The notes: generated by a model not told the origin, from the letters alone. A DNA stretch of 64,000 bases from an uncultured Verrucomicrobiae bacterium (GCA_963837955.1 CAWIPH010000002.1:800001-864000), one strand, 5' to 3'. Positions 19,746 through 30,188 are shown, counted from the stretch's first letter. Numbers and translations are program-made.

Positions 19746-20218
19746 CGCCCAGTTCCGATATAGAGGGCGGTGTACCCGCCAAAGATTCCCATTTTACCTT
19801 TCACGGGAGTTTCGACGGCAACATACCCTTCTTGGCTCAATGCTTGGCCGGTTTTGGGATCGAAGATCATGATAAATTTTGCAGTCGCGTCCAACGCCTC
19901 ATGCCGATCTGAGCTGCTGATGGAAGTTTCCCCTCGAAGCCGGCCACTAGCGATTCGGTTGGCCAAACCCGGGACTTCGCTCACCGGAACGGTAGTGGCC
20001 TCGACAGCGATATACTCCACTTTCTCGAGGCGCGCCTTCTCAGCCGGTTTGAGATGCGCCAAATATTGGTTCACCCGTTTTTGCGCCGCCGCTTGCTCGG
20101 TTGGGTAAGCCTGCCCTACGCCGACGGAGTAATCGGTGTATTCAGAACGACTAGAAGAAGAGGCGCATGCCCCAAAAAAGAGAAAAGTGCAGCAAATGAG
20201 CAGCCGGGGGGGATTCAT
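19742..20218 (-). CDS. Hypothetical lipoprotein
   Basis: MNPPRLLICCTFLFFGAC lipobox. ATGA overlap with the downstream paralog. Confidence 0.8.
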   Translation of the reverse strand: MNPPRLLICCTFLFFGACASSSSRSEYTDYSVGVGQAYPTEQAAAQKRVNQYLAHLKPAEKARLEKVEYIAVEATTVPVSEVPGLANRIASGRLRGETSISSSDRHEALDATAKFIMIFDPKTGQALSQEGYVAVETPVKGKMGIFGGYTALYIGTGR

Positions 20219-20275
20219 AGGAAACGTGAAATGAAGAGAATACCGGCTCTCAAACTGAATCAATCTGATTCCGAG

Positions 20276-20303
20276 AAAAAAGGCCGGCAATTATGCCGGC
20301 CTT
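20276..20303 (-). terminator. Intrinsic terminator of tal
   Basis: AAGGCCGGCA-TAAT-TGCCGGCCTT stem plus T-run on the minus strand, just after the tal stop. Confidence 0.8.
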
Positions 20304-20326
20304 CCTCAATACATATTGAAAATCTA

Positions 20327-21304
20327 TTAAATCTTAGAGGTGACGATTTGCTCGAGTTTGACAATATCAGCGGAGAACTTCCGAATACCTTCAGCGGTCT
20401 TTTCGACGGCCATGGGGTCCTCATTAAAGGCAAAACGAAAGCTTTTCTCATCGAAACTGACCTTTTCCAAGTTCAGTTGTTTTGCTTTTTCTGCCGATAG
20501 TTTTTGAACCACCGGTTCTGCCGATTTACTTAGCTCTTCGAGCAGCTTTGGGCTGATTGTCAGCAGGTCGCAGCCGGCCAACTCTAAAATCTCCCCAACA
20601 TTCCGGAAGCTTGCTCCCATCACCTCCGTGCCGTATCCGAACTTCTTGTAGTAATTGTAGATTTTCGTTACCGATTGGACCCCCGGATCTTCGGCGCCAT
20701 GATAGTCTCTGCCGGTGTGCTCTTTGTACCAGTCGTAAATTCGCCCTACGAAAGGCGAAATGAGACGAACGTTCGATTCTGCGCACGCCACCGCCTGAGG
20801 GAATGAGAACAGGAGAGTAAGATTGCAATTGATCGAATCTTTGTGCAGCTCTTCGGCTGCTTTAATTCCCTCCCAGGTCGAAGCGATCTTGATGAGCACA
20901 CGCTCTCGCGGGATATGTTTTTTTTCGTAAAGGCTGATAAGCTGGCGAGCCTTATCGATCGATCCCTGCTTGTCAAAGGAGAGACGGGCATCGGTCTCGG
21001 TCGAAACTCGCCCAGGCACGATTTTCAGAATTTCCAAGCCGAATGCGACGAGAAGGCTATCCATGATCGCTTCAGTTTTGGCCGGTTTACTGAGGGGAGA
21101 GTTTTTCAGTTCGGCAACTACTTCATCCAGTAAGTGGGCGTACTCCGGCTTGGAAACGGCTGCCAGTATCAAACTCGGGTTGGTGGTCGAGTCCTGCGGC
21201 TTAAATTGCCGAATCGATTCAAAGTCACCGGTGTCCGCGACCACCCTCGTAAATTTCTTGAGCTGGTCGAGCTGAGAGAGTTTTTCCAGGGTTGCGGTGC
21301 TCAT
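20327..21304 (-). CDS. tal: Transaldolase
   Basis: [49 protein letters not shown]. Confidence 0.97.
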   Translation of the reverse strand: MSTATLEKLSQLDQLKKFTRVVADTGDFESIRQFKPQDSTTNPSLILAAVSKPEYAHLLDEVVAELKNSPLSKPAKTEAIMDSLLVAFGLEILKIVPGRVSTETDARLSFDKQGSIDKARQLISLYEKKHIPRERVLIKIASTWEGIKAAEELHKDSINCNLTLLFSFPQAVACAESNVRLISPFVGRIYDWYKEHTGRDYHGAEDPGVQSVTKIYNYYKKFGYGTEVMGASFRNVGEILELAGCDLLTISPKLLEELSKSAEPVVQKLSAEKAKQLNLEKVSFDEKSFRFAFNEDPMAVEKTAEGIRKFSADIVKLEQIVTSKI

Positions 21305-21395
21305 ATGAAACACCCAACTCCGGTTGATCGGCTAGAGCAACTTATTTTTGTGAGCCAATCGATCCAGGCCGCGTCATTGGCGGAACGTCAGAACA

Positions 21396-22121
21396 TCAGG
21401 CAAATTCACCCAAGGTCGCCCGGAGCAGTTCGTTCCCGGGACCCAAACCGTGACCCGTTCTGATCGATTTTAGTTTGGGCGGTGCCTCAAACTTGGCTGC
21501 AAACTCCGCAAGTATGGCGGCGCCAGCGGGCGACGTTTCCAAGTGCTCTGGGGTAGAAAGTTCGGAAAGAATGGCGCGACTCAGAGCCCGATGCGCCGGT
21601 TGGCCGCCGGATGATTTAAGCGTTTGCTGGATAAAAATTTGGCCGACCTGCAACTGGTCCAAACCGACGCACGAAAGGACCGATGGAACCAACCATTCTA
21701 ACGCTTCGGCTTCAGAGAACTCAACCCGGTCGAGCTGGGTAGCGGTCAAATTACTCTGGGCACCGGCGATGCGCCGTAATATTCCGAGACTGTGGGATTT
21801 AACGAAAGCCGATAGTTTTGCGGTGTCTATGTGTTCCCGAAGTTTGGGGTAAGTGATAGGGTGGTCTTCGGTGTGAGCGTGATCATGGTGATGATCAGGC
21901 GAATGCTGATGATCTACGTGCAAAATTCCCCCGTGCACCCCGAAACGGACTGAGCGCACGCCCTCGACCTCCTCGCGATCAAAGTGGAGATGGTGATCGC
22001 CGATCTCGATACCATTCAGCTCCCATTCAAATGTCGATGGGCTTACTCCGAGGTCGGCCAAAACGCCGACCAATGACTCGCCACTAAACTCTGAAGGGCA
22101 AACAAGAGAGAGAATCCGCAT
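21396..22121 (-). CDS. Divergent LarC-like (nickel insertion, N-terminal half) His-rich protein
   Basis: MRILSLVC...SGESLVGVLADLG, His-rich tract, LSAFVKSHSLGILRRIAGAQ, TSPAGAAIL, GHGLG and LLRATLGE follow the LarC N-domain layout. Confidence 0.65.
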   Translation of the reverse strand: MRILSLVCPSEFSGESLVGVLADLGVSPSTFEWELNGIEIGDHHLHFDREEVEGVRSVRFGVHGGILHVDHQHSPDHHHDHAHTEDHPITYPKLREHIDTAKLSAFVKSHSLGILRRIAGAQSNLTATQLDRVEFSEAEALEWLVPSVLSCVGLDQLQVGQIFIQQTLKSSGGQPAHRALSRAILSELSTPEHLETSPAGAAILAEFAAKFEAPPKLKSIRTGHGLGPGNELLRATLGEFA

Positions 22122-22288
22122 GGGTTTTATTACGGTGGAAATGATTCCGAGCAAACCGTCTAAGTCTGAGTCTATCGGACCTGGTCTCTGTTCCGGAGCG
22201 AAGCTGCGCAACAATGCGGTTTCTGGGCGGGGGATTTTTGCTCAAAATCCGGCTTGAACCGGAGGAGCTCCAACGGCGATATTTTCTC

Positions 22289-23242
22289 ATGATAGTTCCA
22301 ACCGCCGCTCTATATAAGCTGGCTTATCGCCAGTATGCGATAGGCGCGTACAACATCAATAACCTCGAACAGATCCTGGGTCTTTTTCGCGGGTGCATTG
22401 AATCGCAGGCACCGTTCATTATCCAAATTTCTAAGGGCGCTCGGAGCTATGCGGACAAGCGTATGCTCGAGGCGATGATTCGAACGGCCGAACAAATCTA
22501 TCCGGATGCGGTGTTTGCGGTTCACCTGGACCACGGAGATGAGGCGACCTGTTACGAATGCATTGATTCCGGATTCTACAGTTCGGTGATGATCGATGCG
22601 AGTCACGAGCCGTTTGAAGAAAATGTCGCAACCACTCGACGAGTCGTCGAAAAGGCGCACCCCAAAGGTATTAGCGTGGAAGCGGAGCTCGGCCGGCTGG
22701 GCGGGGTTGAAGAGGATATCAAAGTAGATGAGGGCAGTGCTTTTCTGACTAATCCGGCAGAGGCGGTCGAGTTCGTTAACCAGACCCGCTGTGATTCTTT
22801 AGCGTGTGCGATTGGAACGAGCCATGGGGCGTACAAGTTCAAAGGCGGTCAAGGACTGCGCTTCGAAGTGATTGAGGCCATCGAGCGGAAACTGCCCGGG
22901 ACCCCGCTTGTCATGCACGGCAGCTCCAGTGTACCTGCAGAGGAGGTGCAGAGAATTAACGCCGCCGGCGGTAAGCTGGACCCCGCCGCGCGTGGCGTGA
23001 ACGAAAACGAATATCTACCCGCGGCCAAGTTGGGTGTAACGAAGATCAATATTGACACCGATGGGCGGCTGGTTTGGACGCGAGTGCATCGCGAGTTCTT
23101 CCGAGACCATCCTTCGGAGTTCGATTTTCGCCCCCCTGGCAAGACCTTCGTTCAGGAGTACGCGAAATTCATCGCGCACAAAAATGAAAAACTGGGATCG
23201 GCCGGTCGACTGCCCGAAGTTAGAAAAGCTTTGGTAAAATAA
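22289..23242 (+). CDS. fba: Class II fructose-bisphosphate aldolase
   Basis: GAYNINN, VHLDHG, SSVMIDAS, VEAELG, GTSHGAYK, VMHGSS, KINIDTD. Confidence 0.95.
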   Translation: MIVPTAALYKLAYRQYAIGAYNINNLEQILGLFRGCIESQAPFIIQISKGARSYADKRMLEAMIRTAEQIYPDAVFAVHLDHGDEATCYECIDSGFYSSVMIDASHEPFEENVATTRRVVEKAHPKGISVEAELGRLGGVEEDIKVDEGSAFLTNPAEAVEFVNQTRCDSLACAIGTSHGAYKFKGGQGLRFEVIEAIERKLPGTPLVMHGSSSVPAEEVQRINAAGGKLDPAARGVNENEYLPAAKLGVTKINIDTDGRLVWTRVHREFFRDHPSEFDFRPPGKTFVQEYAKFIAHKNEKLGSAGRLPEVRKALVK

Positions 23243-23298
23243 GCAACTTTCCGGGTCGCGCGGCGAGCGAAAGTTTTCGGTAATCTTGCACTCCATTT

Positions 23299-23313
23299 TC
23301 TTGCATTATGCAA
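23299..23313. promoter_or_regulatory. Operator-like palindrome
   Basis: TTGCA-TTA-TGCAA upstream of the sigma54 regulator, with a second TCTTGCA 15 bp earlier. Confidence 0.4.
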
Positions 23314-23455
23314 TGTCGAGGGGGCTCCTTTTCAGGCTTGCCGACTGTTGAAAAGGATTTTCCCGGAGAGAATAAACGACTTCGGGAAAGTTCGGCTTAC
23401 AGGTTGCTTTCAACGAATTCGCGATTCGTAGGAATCGCCCTGTTCACTTGATTCC

Positions 23456-24790
23456 ATGCGGGTCTTAATAATCGACGACGAAAAATCGATTCGGAGTTCG
23501 ACTTCGGCGGCATTGAGGGCCGAAGGTCACTACGCTGATATCGCCGACAGCTCGATGGTGGCGTTACTAAAGCTTCAAGAAGAGGCCTATGACCTGGCGT
23601 TTCTCGATCTCCGATTAGGAGACGAAGATGGGTTGGAGGTTCTCCATGAACTGAAGCGATTACAAGCCAACCTCCGCGTAGTCGTTTTTACTGCCTACGC
23701 ATCGGTTGCTTCCGCCGTTGCTGCGATGCAGAAGGGGGCATTCGATTATCTAGAAAAGCCATTTACGCCGGAACAACTGCGACAAATTCTTGGCCGAGTC
23801 GAAAAGCAGCGGAAATTAGAATCGAAGATTGTAGAGCTGGAGCAGGAGATAAACCAACAGAACCCAGCCGTTGATTTTTCCTCAGAAGACCTCCCGATGA
23901 GGACCGCGATCGATATTCTTTTCCGCGCCGCTCCGAGCCAGGCCGCGATGCTGCTGTTGGGAGAAAGTGGTACCGGTAAAAGTATTTTCGCGCGTGCGGT
24001 TCACGATCGCAGCGACTATCGGGAAGGTCCATTTGTAACGGTCAGCTGCCCTAGCCTTTCAAAGGAGTTATTAGAAAGCGAGCTATTCGGCCACATTAAA
24101 GGATCGTTCACGGGCGCGGTGCGCGATACTTGGGGAAAGGTCGCCGCCGCGGAATCCGGAACTCTATTTCTTGATGAGATCGGGGAGCTGCCATTGGACA
24201 TTCAGCCGAAGCTGCTTCGTCTTTTGCAGGAGCGGCAATACGAGAGGTTGGGAGAGCATAAGCCGCGATTGACCAGCCTGCGAATCGTCGCCGCGACGAA
24301 TAAAAACCTGAGGACCTCCGTTCGGGAGGGAACATTTCGGGAAGACCTATTTTACCGGCTAGATGTCATCTCGGTTCAAATCCCTCCACTGCGGGAGCGA
24401 GAGCGTGATCTCGAGCGTTTTGCTAATGCGTTCCTCGGATTCTTTTCGAAGCAACTTGGTCGCGGCTCCATGAGATTCAGTGAAGATGCGCTCGAAAAAC
24501 TCAAAGCCTATCGTTGGCCGGGCAACCTGCGGGAGCTTCGCAATACAGTGGAACGGTCTGTCATTCTTTCGAATAGCGATACGATTACTGAGGAGTTCGT
24601 ACCGGATAACCCGCCCCCCGAGGTTGACGCGAACATTGCTGTCGGAAGCGATATCAGTCTCGATACTCTGGAAGAAGCCCATATCCGTCGCATTTTACAA
24701 AGGGCGACGAGCCTAGACACCGCCGCAAAAATCTTGGGCATCGATCCAGCAACCCTCTATCGCAAACGGAAGCGATTAAATTTGCAGTGA
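23456..24790 (+). CDS. Sigma-54-dependent response regulator (AlgB/NtrC-like)
   Basis: IIDD and FLDL receiver, [43 protein letters not shown]. Confidence 0.93.
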   Translation: MRVLIIDDEKSIRSSTSAALRAEGHYADIADSSMVALLKLQEEAYDLAFLDLRLGDEDGLEVLHELKRLQANLRVVVFTAYASVASAVAAMQKGAFDYLEKPFTPEQLRQILGRVEKQRKLESKIVELEQEINQQNPAVDFSSEDLPMRTAIDILFRAAPSQAAMLLLGESGTGKSIFARAVHDRSDYREGPFVTVSCPSLSKELLESELFGHIKGSFTGAVRDTWGKVAAAESGTLFLDEIGELPLDIQPKLLRLLQERQYERLGEHKPRLTSLRIVAATNKNLRTSVREGTFREDLFYRLDVISVQIPPLRERERDLERFANAFLGFFSKQLGRGSMRFSEDALEKLKAYRWPGNLRELRNTVERSVILSNSDTITEEFVPDNPPPEVDANIAVGSDISLDTLEEAHIRRILQRATSLDTAAKILGIDPATLYRKRKRLNLQ

Positions 24791-24955
24791 CATTTTGGGT
24801 GGCGAAGGATGGCAGTGGCCACTACCACCGTCACTAGGTTTTAGTGCTCTTCGCTTTTCGGTGGTCGTCCGCTGAGTGGCAGGCTATGAGGGAGAGGTGT
24901 GCTCGATCGCGAAAATGGGCGATACTAACCGGAGTACTACCAATTATCTACGGCT

Positions 24956-26788
24956 ATGCTTCGATGGCGTCTGACCCTTGGTCTACTCGCGACACTGATC
25001 ATCCTGCTGTTGGTGGGGATCTATGGGGTGTGGCTATTCAATGACCTCGGGCGAGCGGTTGATAACGTACTTCGGAATAATTACGATAGCATCACCGTTT
25101 GTCATTACATGCGGGTGGCGACGGCGAGAACTAACACTTTTTACTCGCGAGGAATCGATCGACCCGCCCCCCCCTACGACCAGCCAGGGCCGATCAACGA
25201 CGACGAACGCGAGTTCGCCAGACGATTTCCGATTCTGGAGCGCAACGCAAAAGATCCAGAACAGAAGGATTTGGTTGCGCAGCTGAAACAAGCCGCAGCG
25301 GACTATGTGCAGGCCTATCGCCAAATCTTTGCTCAATTCAAGGCTAACGATCCTGCGATCAGGGAGTCATGGGCAAAAATTCCGAAACTGACACTGCTGA
25401 TCACGGAACTAAGCGAGAAGATCCTCAGACAAAACGAAAAGCAGATGTTTATCGCGAACTTGAATGCACACCGGAAAGCCAAAGAGTCCATTCGGCTTCT
25501 CCTGATCGCGATGATTAGTTCTGTCGTCGTATTCATTTTTACCTACTTCAGGCTGGGTCAATCGTTGATTACCCCGTTGCGGAGCCTCACCGATTCAATC
25601 CGAGAATTGCGGTCCCGCGACTTTGATCGAGCTCTACCCGAAAAAGGAAGCGACGAGTTGGGAGAACTGACTCGGGAATTTAATCAAATGGCCTTGGAGC
25701 TTCGCAACTTCTACCGGGAAACGGATCGTAAGTTGATTGAACTGAATCAGGTGATTCGCGCGATGCTCACTACGTTGCCCTATCCATTGTTCATCCTCGA
25801 TCCGCGCAATCAGGTCACCCGAATGAACCCGGCGGCAGAAAAATTAATGGCTCGTTTTCAGAGTGCCGGCGAACTGCCGCCAACGCTCAAACGCCACGTG
25901 ACGGAAGCATCAGTGACTGGTCCAGACTACCGATTGGATGACCTCAGGCAGGCAATCCGTTTTCAAATTGACGATCAGGAGATCTACTTTCTGCCGCGGA
26001 TTTTTTCGTTGGTCATCGAAGACGGCTCGGTCGTTGGACGCGCCTTGATGCTGATCGATGTTACCCGGTTTCGGTGGCTGGACGAACTGAAATCGGACAC
26101 TTTGGCGACCCTCAGTCATGAGATCAAGACGCCCTTGACTGGCATCCGGCTCGTCCTGCATCTACTGCTCGAGAAAAGGATGGGTCCGCTCTCTCAATCG
26201 CAAGAGGAACTGGTGACTACCGCCCGAGATGATTGCGAGCGCTTGTTGCGTACTTTAAAAAGCATCTTGGATCTAGCGCAAATGGAGAGCGGCAAACCTC
26301 AACTGAGTTTGCAAGCATTACCTCCAGCCAGGATTGTGGAAGAAGTTCGGACGAACTTTCGGGATTTATTTGCGGCTGCTTCTTTAGAACTGAGTGTCGA
26401 TCTCGCACCTGATCTCCCTGACGTTGTCGTCGACCCAGACCGAGTTGGCTTAATTCTTTCCAATTTTCTTTCTAACGCTTTGAAATACAGCTTCCCGAAG
26501 GGCGACGTAATCATTCGGGCGCGCCTCTGGAATCCGGATTTTGTTCGTTTCAGCGTGATTAACCCCGGTCCTGGCCTTTCGGAACCCGAACAGTCCAAGG
26601 TCTTTGACAAATTTTATCGATCAGACAATCTCCATGGGGAAGGCGCCGGTCTGGGGCTGTCGATTGCTCGACAGATTGTTCAAGCGCACGAGGGGCGCAT
26701 TGGTGTTTTGAGCGAGGTGAACGAGACCACGGAATTCTATTGCGATTTGCCCGTGGCTGCAGTGCCTGATAGCGTCTTGCCGCGCTGA
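24956..26788 (+). CDS. Sensor histidine kinase (TM-sensor-HAMP-PAS-HisKA-HATPase, KinB-like)
   Basis: Two TM segments, DELGEL HAMP, SHEIKTPLT, NFLSNALKY, GLGL. Confidence 0.92.
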   Translation: MLRWRLTLGLLATLIILLLVGIYGVWLFNDLGRAVDNVLRNNYDSITVCHYMRVATARTNTFYSRGIDRPAPPYDQPGPINDDEREFARRFPILERNAKDPEQKDLVAQLKQAAADYVQAYRQIFAQFKANDPAIRESWAKIPKLTLLITELSEKILRQNEKQMFIANLNAHRKAKESIRLLLIAMISSVVVFIFTYFRLGQSLITPLRSLTDSIRELRSRDFDRALPEKGSDELGELTREFNQMALELRNFYRETDRKLIELNQVIRAMLTTLPYPLFILDPRNQVTRMNPAAEKLMARFQSAGELPPTLKRHVTEASVTGPDYRLDDLRQAIRFQIDDQEIYFLPRIFSLVIEDGSVVGRALMLIDVTRFRWLDELKSDTLATLSHEIKTPLTGIRLVLHLLLEKRMGPLSQSQEELVTTARDDCERLLRTLKSILDLAQMESGKPQLSLQALPPARIVEEVRTNFRDLFAAASLELSVDLAPDLPDVVVDPDRVGLILSNFLSNALKYSFPKGDVIIRARLWNPDFVRFSVINPGPGLSEPEQSKVFDKFYRSDNLHGEGAGLGLSIARQIVQAHEGRIGVLSEVNETTEFYCDLPVAAVPDSVLPR

Positions 26789-26937
26789 AACGTGCTGTGG
26801 CAGGGGCTAAGTGACGGAGGCGCCGGAGGATAGTTATTCCGCGATGAATAAAATATAAAAGATTCACCCTGAGGGTGTTGCATCATATAGACGCCAAAAA
26901 TAGTACCTCCAAAACCAATCCACTGGAGGCAGTTGAT

Positions 26938-26959
26938 CTGGATTTTATATAAAATCTAG
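26938..26959. promoter_or_regulatory. AT-rich palindrome, possible operator
   Basis: Perfect 16-bp GATTTTATATAAAATC at 26941-26956, about 100 bp upstream of the hybrid kinase. Confidence 0.45.
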
Positions 26960-27058
26960 TTGCTCAAAAACCGCCATCCAACTATTTAAAAAGAGGGCCG
27001 GAGCGGCCAAGCCGCTCCAGTGGAATCGAGTGTTCCGTGGTCCCAATATGGACAATCC

Positions 27059-29089
27059 ATGAGCCGGCCACTGCGATTGTTGGTTGTTTCGGACTTCGAG
27101 ACAGATGTAATCCTCTGTCGGGAGTTACTCGACGAGTTGGGGATCCGCGTCAACATCGTGCGGGCAGAATCAGTCGCCACCGCGAAGCGAGAGATCTCCG
27201 GCAACCAGGGGGAATCGATCGTAATTTCGGCCGAAATCGAGGATCTGCTCCGGGGCGGACTCTTGGCGGCACTTCGGGCGACTGACGCCGATAGGCCCGT
27301 CGTAGTCTTGTGCGACCAGTTCGATGAGGATCGATTTGTGGAGATTCTGCACGCTGGCGCAACCGATGTGGTGTCTAGAAAGAGCCGTAAGCGATTGCAG
27401 CGGGTTCTTGGGCATGTTTTCTCTGATTCGCCGCGTCCTCAATCGTTCTTTGGCGAAGAGCGTCTAATTCGCCAAAAAGAGGCGCTTCTCTGGCTTCTCT
27501 ATGATTCTGCCGCAGATCCGTTGGCGCTGGTTCGAGTCGACGGCGAGGGTGAGTATAGCTTTGTACTAGCCAATAAAGCGTTCGCAAAAACTTTTGAAAA
27601 TTGGGGTCTTAGTGCCTCCGTCGATCAGATCGTCGGCCGGAAAACCAGAGAGGTGGCTTTGAATGATTGGGAGGTTCCGTGGGATTTGTATTGGAAAATC
27701 CACTCCCAGATTGGGAACGCATGCGCTTTCCGTAAATCGCTGACAGCTGAACACGAGTGGAATTTGCCGGCCGGAGTTCGCTCCGCGCTGGTAACCTTTT
27801 ACCCGATTTTAAACGGTGATGAGCCTTGCAAATTTGTTTTGTTATCGCTGAAGGAAATGGCGGGAGCAGCTTCCGAGTTGAAGGAGAGCGAAGAGGCCAA
27901 TCGATTGCAAGCGCAAAAGCTGGAATCGCTCGGCGCCTTGGCCGGCGGGATTGCGCACGACTTCAACAACATTCTCACCTGCATTCTTGGCTATACAGAA
28001 GTGGCCATCCGGAAGGTAGAAGTTGACCACCCGGTGTACGAAGATCTTCATCAAATCCTCACGGCTGGTTTCCAGGCGCGTGAACTGGTGAATCAAATCC
28101 TGACATTCAGCCGGAAGCAGCCGGCCCAGAAGCGCAAGGTGGATTTGAACGCCTTGGTGGATGATAGTTTGCGTCTACTGCGCAGCAGCGCTCCTTCAAA
28201 CGTTTCGCTCCACACCGTCTTACCGAAGGCCGGATTGGAGCTGTTTGTCGATCCGAATCAACTAATGCAAGTGATCCTGAACCTCTGCACCAATGCCTTT
28301 CACGCGATGTCGGAGAATGGTGGGAAGGTCACCATCACCGCGAAGTCGATCCCGGCCGACAGCCGCCATCCATTGGCTCGGGAGATGCAACCGGGAGAAG
28401 CATACGTAGAATTGGTCGTTGCGGATTCGGGCGTCGGGATGAGCGCGAAAACGATGCGACGCATCTTCGAGCCACTCTTCACCACGAAAAAATCCAGCCA
28501 GGGTACAGGTCTTGGATTATCGATTGTTCACGGAATCGTGCGCAGTCACGGGGGGTTCATCCATGTCGAGAGCAAGCTTGATCAAGGTTCGCAATTTCAC
28601 GTCTATCTGCCGAAGGGTTCAGCCGCAGCAGTTGAACAAGTTTCTCCGGGCATTCAACCCCTGAATAAGCAAGAACCGGATCAACCGCCTGGAAAAGCTA
28701 AACATGTGTTGATTGTCGATGACGATCGAGATGTCGGGCGGCTGGCTGCGCGCATTCTGGAGACGTTTCGATATGAAGTGACCGCTCTGACCGACCCGAA
28801 CGAGGCCGTTAATCTTGTGCGCAAACGTCCGGCGAAATTCGATTTGGTTTTAACCGATCTTTTGATGCCAGAACTTTCTGGCCCCGAACTTGCCCGCGCG
28901 CTCAAGAAAATCAGACCGGATCTTCCCTTGGTCTTGATCTCCGGATTGGTTTCCTCTGTTACCGAGGAGAGTGCTCGCCGCCAAGGTTTCGCTGCGTTGA
29001 TTCGCAAGCCGTTTGAGATCGAACAAATGGCGAAAAGTGTTGCTGGGATCCTCGGGAATACTTCTTCTGTCAATACAAGAGCTGCGTAG
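27059..29089 (+). CDS. Cytoplasmic hybrid histidine kinase (degenerate REC-PAS-HisKA-HATPase-REC)
   Basis: GGIAHDFNNIL, NLCTNA, DSGVG, FTTK, GLGL, C-terminal VDDD...LTDLLMP...KPF. Confidence 0.92.
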   Translation: MSRPLRLLVVSDFETDVILCRELLDELGIRVNIVRAESVATAKREISGNQGESIVISAEIEDLLRGGLLAALRATDADRPVVVLCDQFDEDRFVEILHAGATDVVSRKSRKRLQRVLGHVFSDSPRPQSFFGEERLIRQKEALLWLLYDSAADPLALVRVDGEGEYSFVLANKAFAKTFENWGLSASVDQIVGRKTREVALNDWEVPWDLYWKIHSQIGNACAFRKSLTAEHEWNLPAGVRSALVTFYPILNGDEPCKFVLLSLKEMAGAASELKESEEANRLQAQKLESLGALAGGIAHDFNNILTCILGYTEVAIRKVEVDHPVYEDLHQILTAGFQARELVNQILTFSRKQPAQKRKVDLNALVDDSLRLLRSSAPSNVSLHTVLPKAGLELFVDPNQLMQVILNLCTNAFHAMSENGGKVTITAKSIPADSRHPLAREMQPGEAYVELVVADSGVGMSAKTMRRIFEPLFTTKKSSQGTGLGLSIVHGIVRSHGGFIHVESKLDQGSQFHVYLPKGSAAAVEQVSPGIQPLNKQEPDQPPGKAKHVLIVDDDRDVGRLAARILETFRYEVTALTDPNEAVNLVRKRPAKFDLVLTDLLMPELSGPELARALKKIRPDLPLVLISGLVSSVTEESARRQGFAALIRKPFEIEQMAKSVAGILGNTSSVNTRAA

Positions 29090-29178
29090 GCCTTGGATTC
29101 GATGTAGCTCAAGCGCCGTTGAGTGCCTTCACTCAGCTTTCGGAGTTTCGCTTCACGCGCGCGGATTCCGGGAGGCTT

Positions 29179-29502
29179 CTATCTCCCCAGCCGGTTTTGT
29201 GTTCGGTAATGCATAGCCGCGTTTTTTGCACTTCTGAAGAAGGAGGCGAGAAACGACTTCTCAATATGCGCAAAAGCGGCAGCAAGGCCCTCCTGATCAA
29301 ATATCCTGCCAATCGCGGCCTCGACTTGGGTTGGCTCTCCGAAAGAGGCAAGAAACTGATTAGACACGAACAGCTCGAAAAGTTGCTGGCGATCTGCGTC
29401 GCTCATTTTCTTAGGCGCGTGACGCAGGAGCCAACGCCTGAAGTAAAGCGCCAACACCGCATCTCCGAGCCAAGCTTCATCCCGCAACCGGTCAACGCTC
29501 AT
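29179..29502 (-). CDS. Minimal RNase III-domain (Mini-III-like) protein
   Basis: AWLGDAVL, VSNQFL and VEAAIG correspond to RNase III catalytic-domain motifs. No dsRBD; 107 aa. Confidence 0.75.
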   Translation of the reverse strand: MSVDRLRDEAWLGDAVLALYFRRWLLRHAPKKMSDADRQQLFELFVSNQFLASFGEPTQVEAAIGRIFDQEGLAAAFAHIEKSFLASFFRSAKNAAMHYRTQNRLGR

Positions 29503-30188
29503 GGTAGACAGGACCCAGGAAAATTGGCCAGGCAGACATAATCTGATCCTTTCGGTCCGGGTATGCTCCGCATCAGCGAAATTGAATCAATCTGCCAATC
29601 CCAGGTCGGCATCCCGGTTTCCTGGGCGAGCTGGAATAGACGATCACCGAAACGAGCTGGTAGTCGCTGAAAATCCAATCGAGCAATCGTCACATGCGGG
29701 TAAGAGAGATCCTTTTCTTTCCACACGAAATCACGCTCAAACGCCTTGACCAATCGGTCTTGCCAGCTCCGCAACAAGGGATTGGAAGCGAATCCAATCC
29801 AAAGTACTCTCGGACGATGAAATGCCGGAAAACATCCGAACGCTTTCGCGGTGAGGCACGGAAACTCTGAGTGCTCTCGGACCAGCTCTACTAAGCGAGC
29901 CTTGATCAAGTCCACCTGGGTGGGCGGAGTATTTCCGAAAAACAGAACGGTTAGATGAAATTGAAACGACCTTGTCCATCGAATCGGCAAAGCCGGACCA
30001 TAAGTGTCCTCTAGGAGGTGCCGAAGGGCTTTCTGAGCCTGCCTTAAATGAATAATGACATCGGGGCAGGGATTGAACGAAAGGAATAGCCGCAGCAGCG
30101 ACGGTTCATGGGGCCGAATCTCTGCCGAGCGATGAACACCAGCATTCAGATTTTCGTTAAAATCTGCGGGGCAGGATTCTTGAATCAA
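29499..30188 (-). CDS. thpR: RNA 2',3'-cyclic phosphodiesterase (2H phosphoesterase)
   Basis: RLFLS, FHLTVLFFG, FP...PRVLWIG, YPHVTIAR (two HxT motifs). Start uncertain. Confidence 0.88.
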   Translation of the reverse strand: MIQESCPADFNENLNAGVHRSAEIRPHEPSLLRLFLSFNPCPDVIIHLRQAQKALRHLLEDTYGPALPIRWTRSFQFHLTVLFFGNTPPTQVDLIKARLVELVREHSEFPCLTAKAFGCFPAFHRPRVLWIGFASNPLLRSWQDRLVKAFERDFVWKEKDLSYPHVTIARLDFQRLPARFGDRLFQLAQETGMPTWDWQIDSISLMRSIPGPKGSDYVCLANFPGSCLP

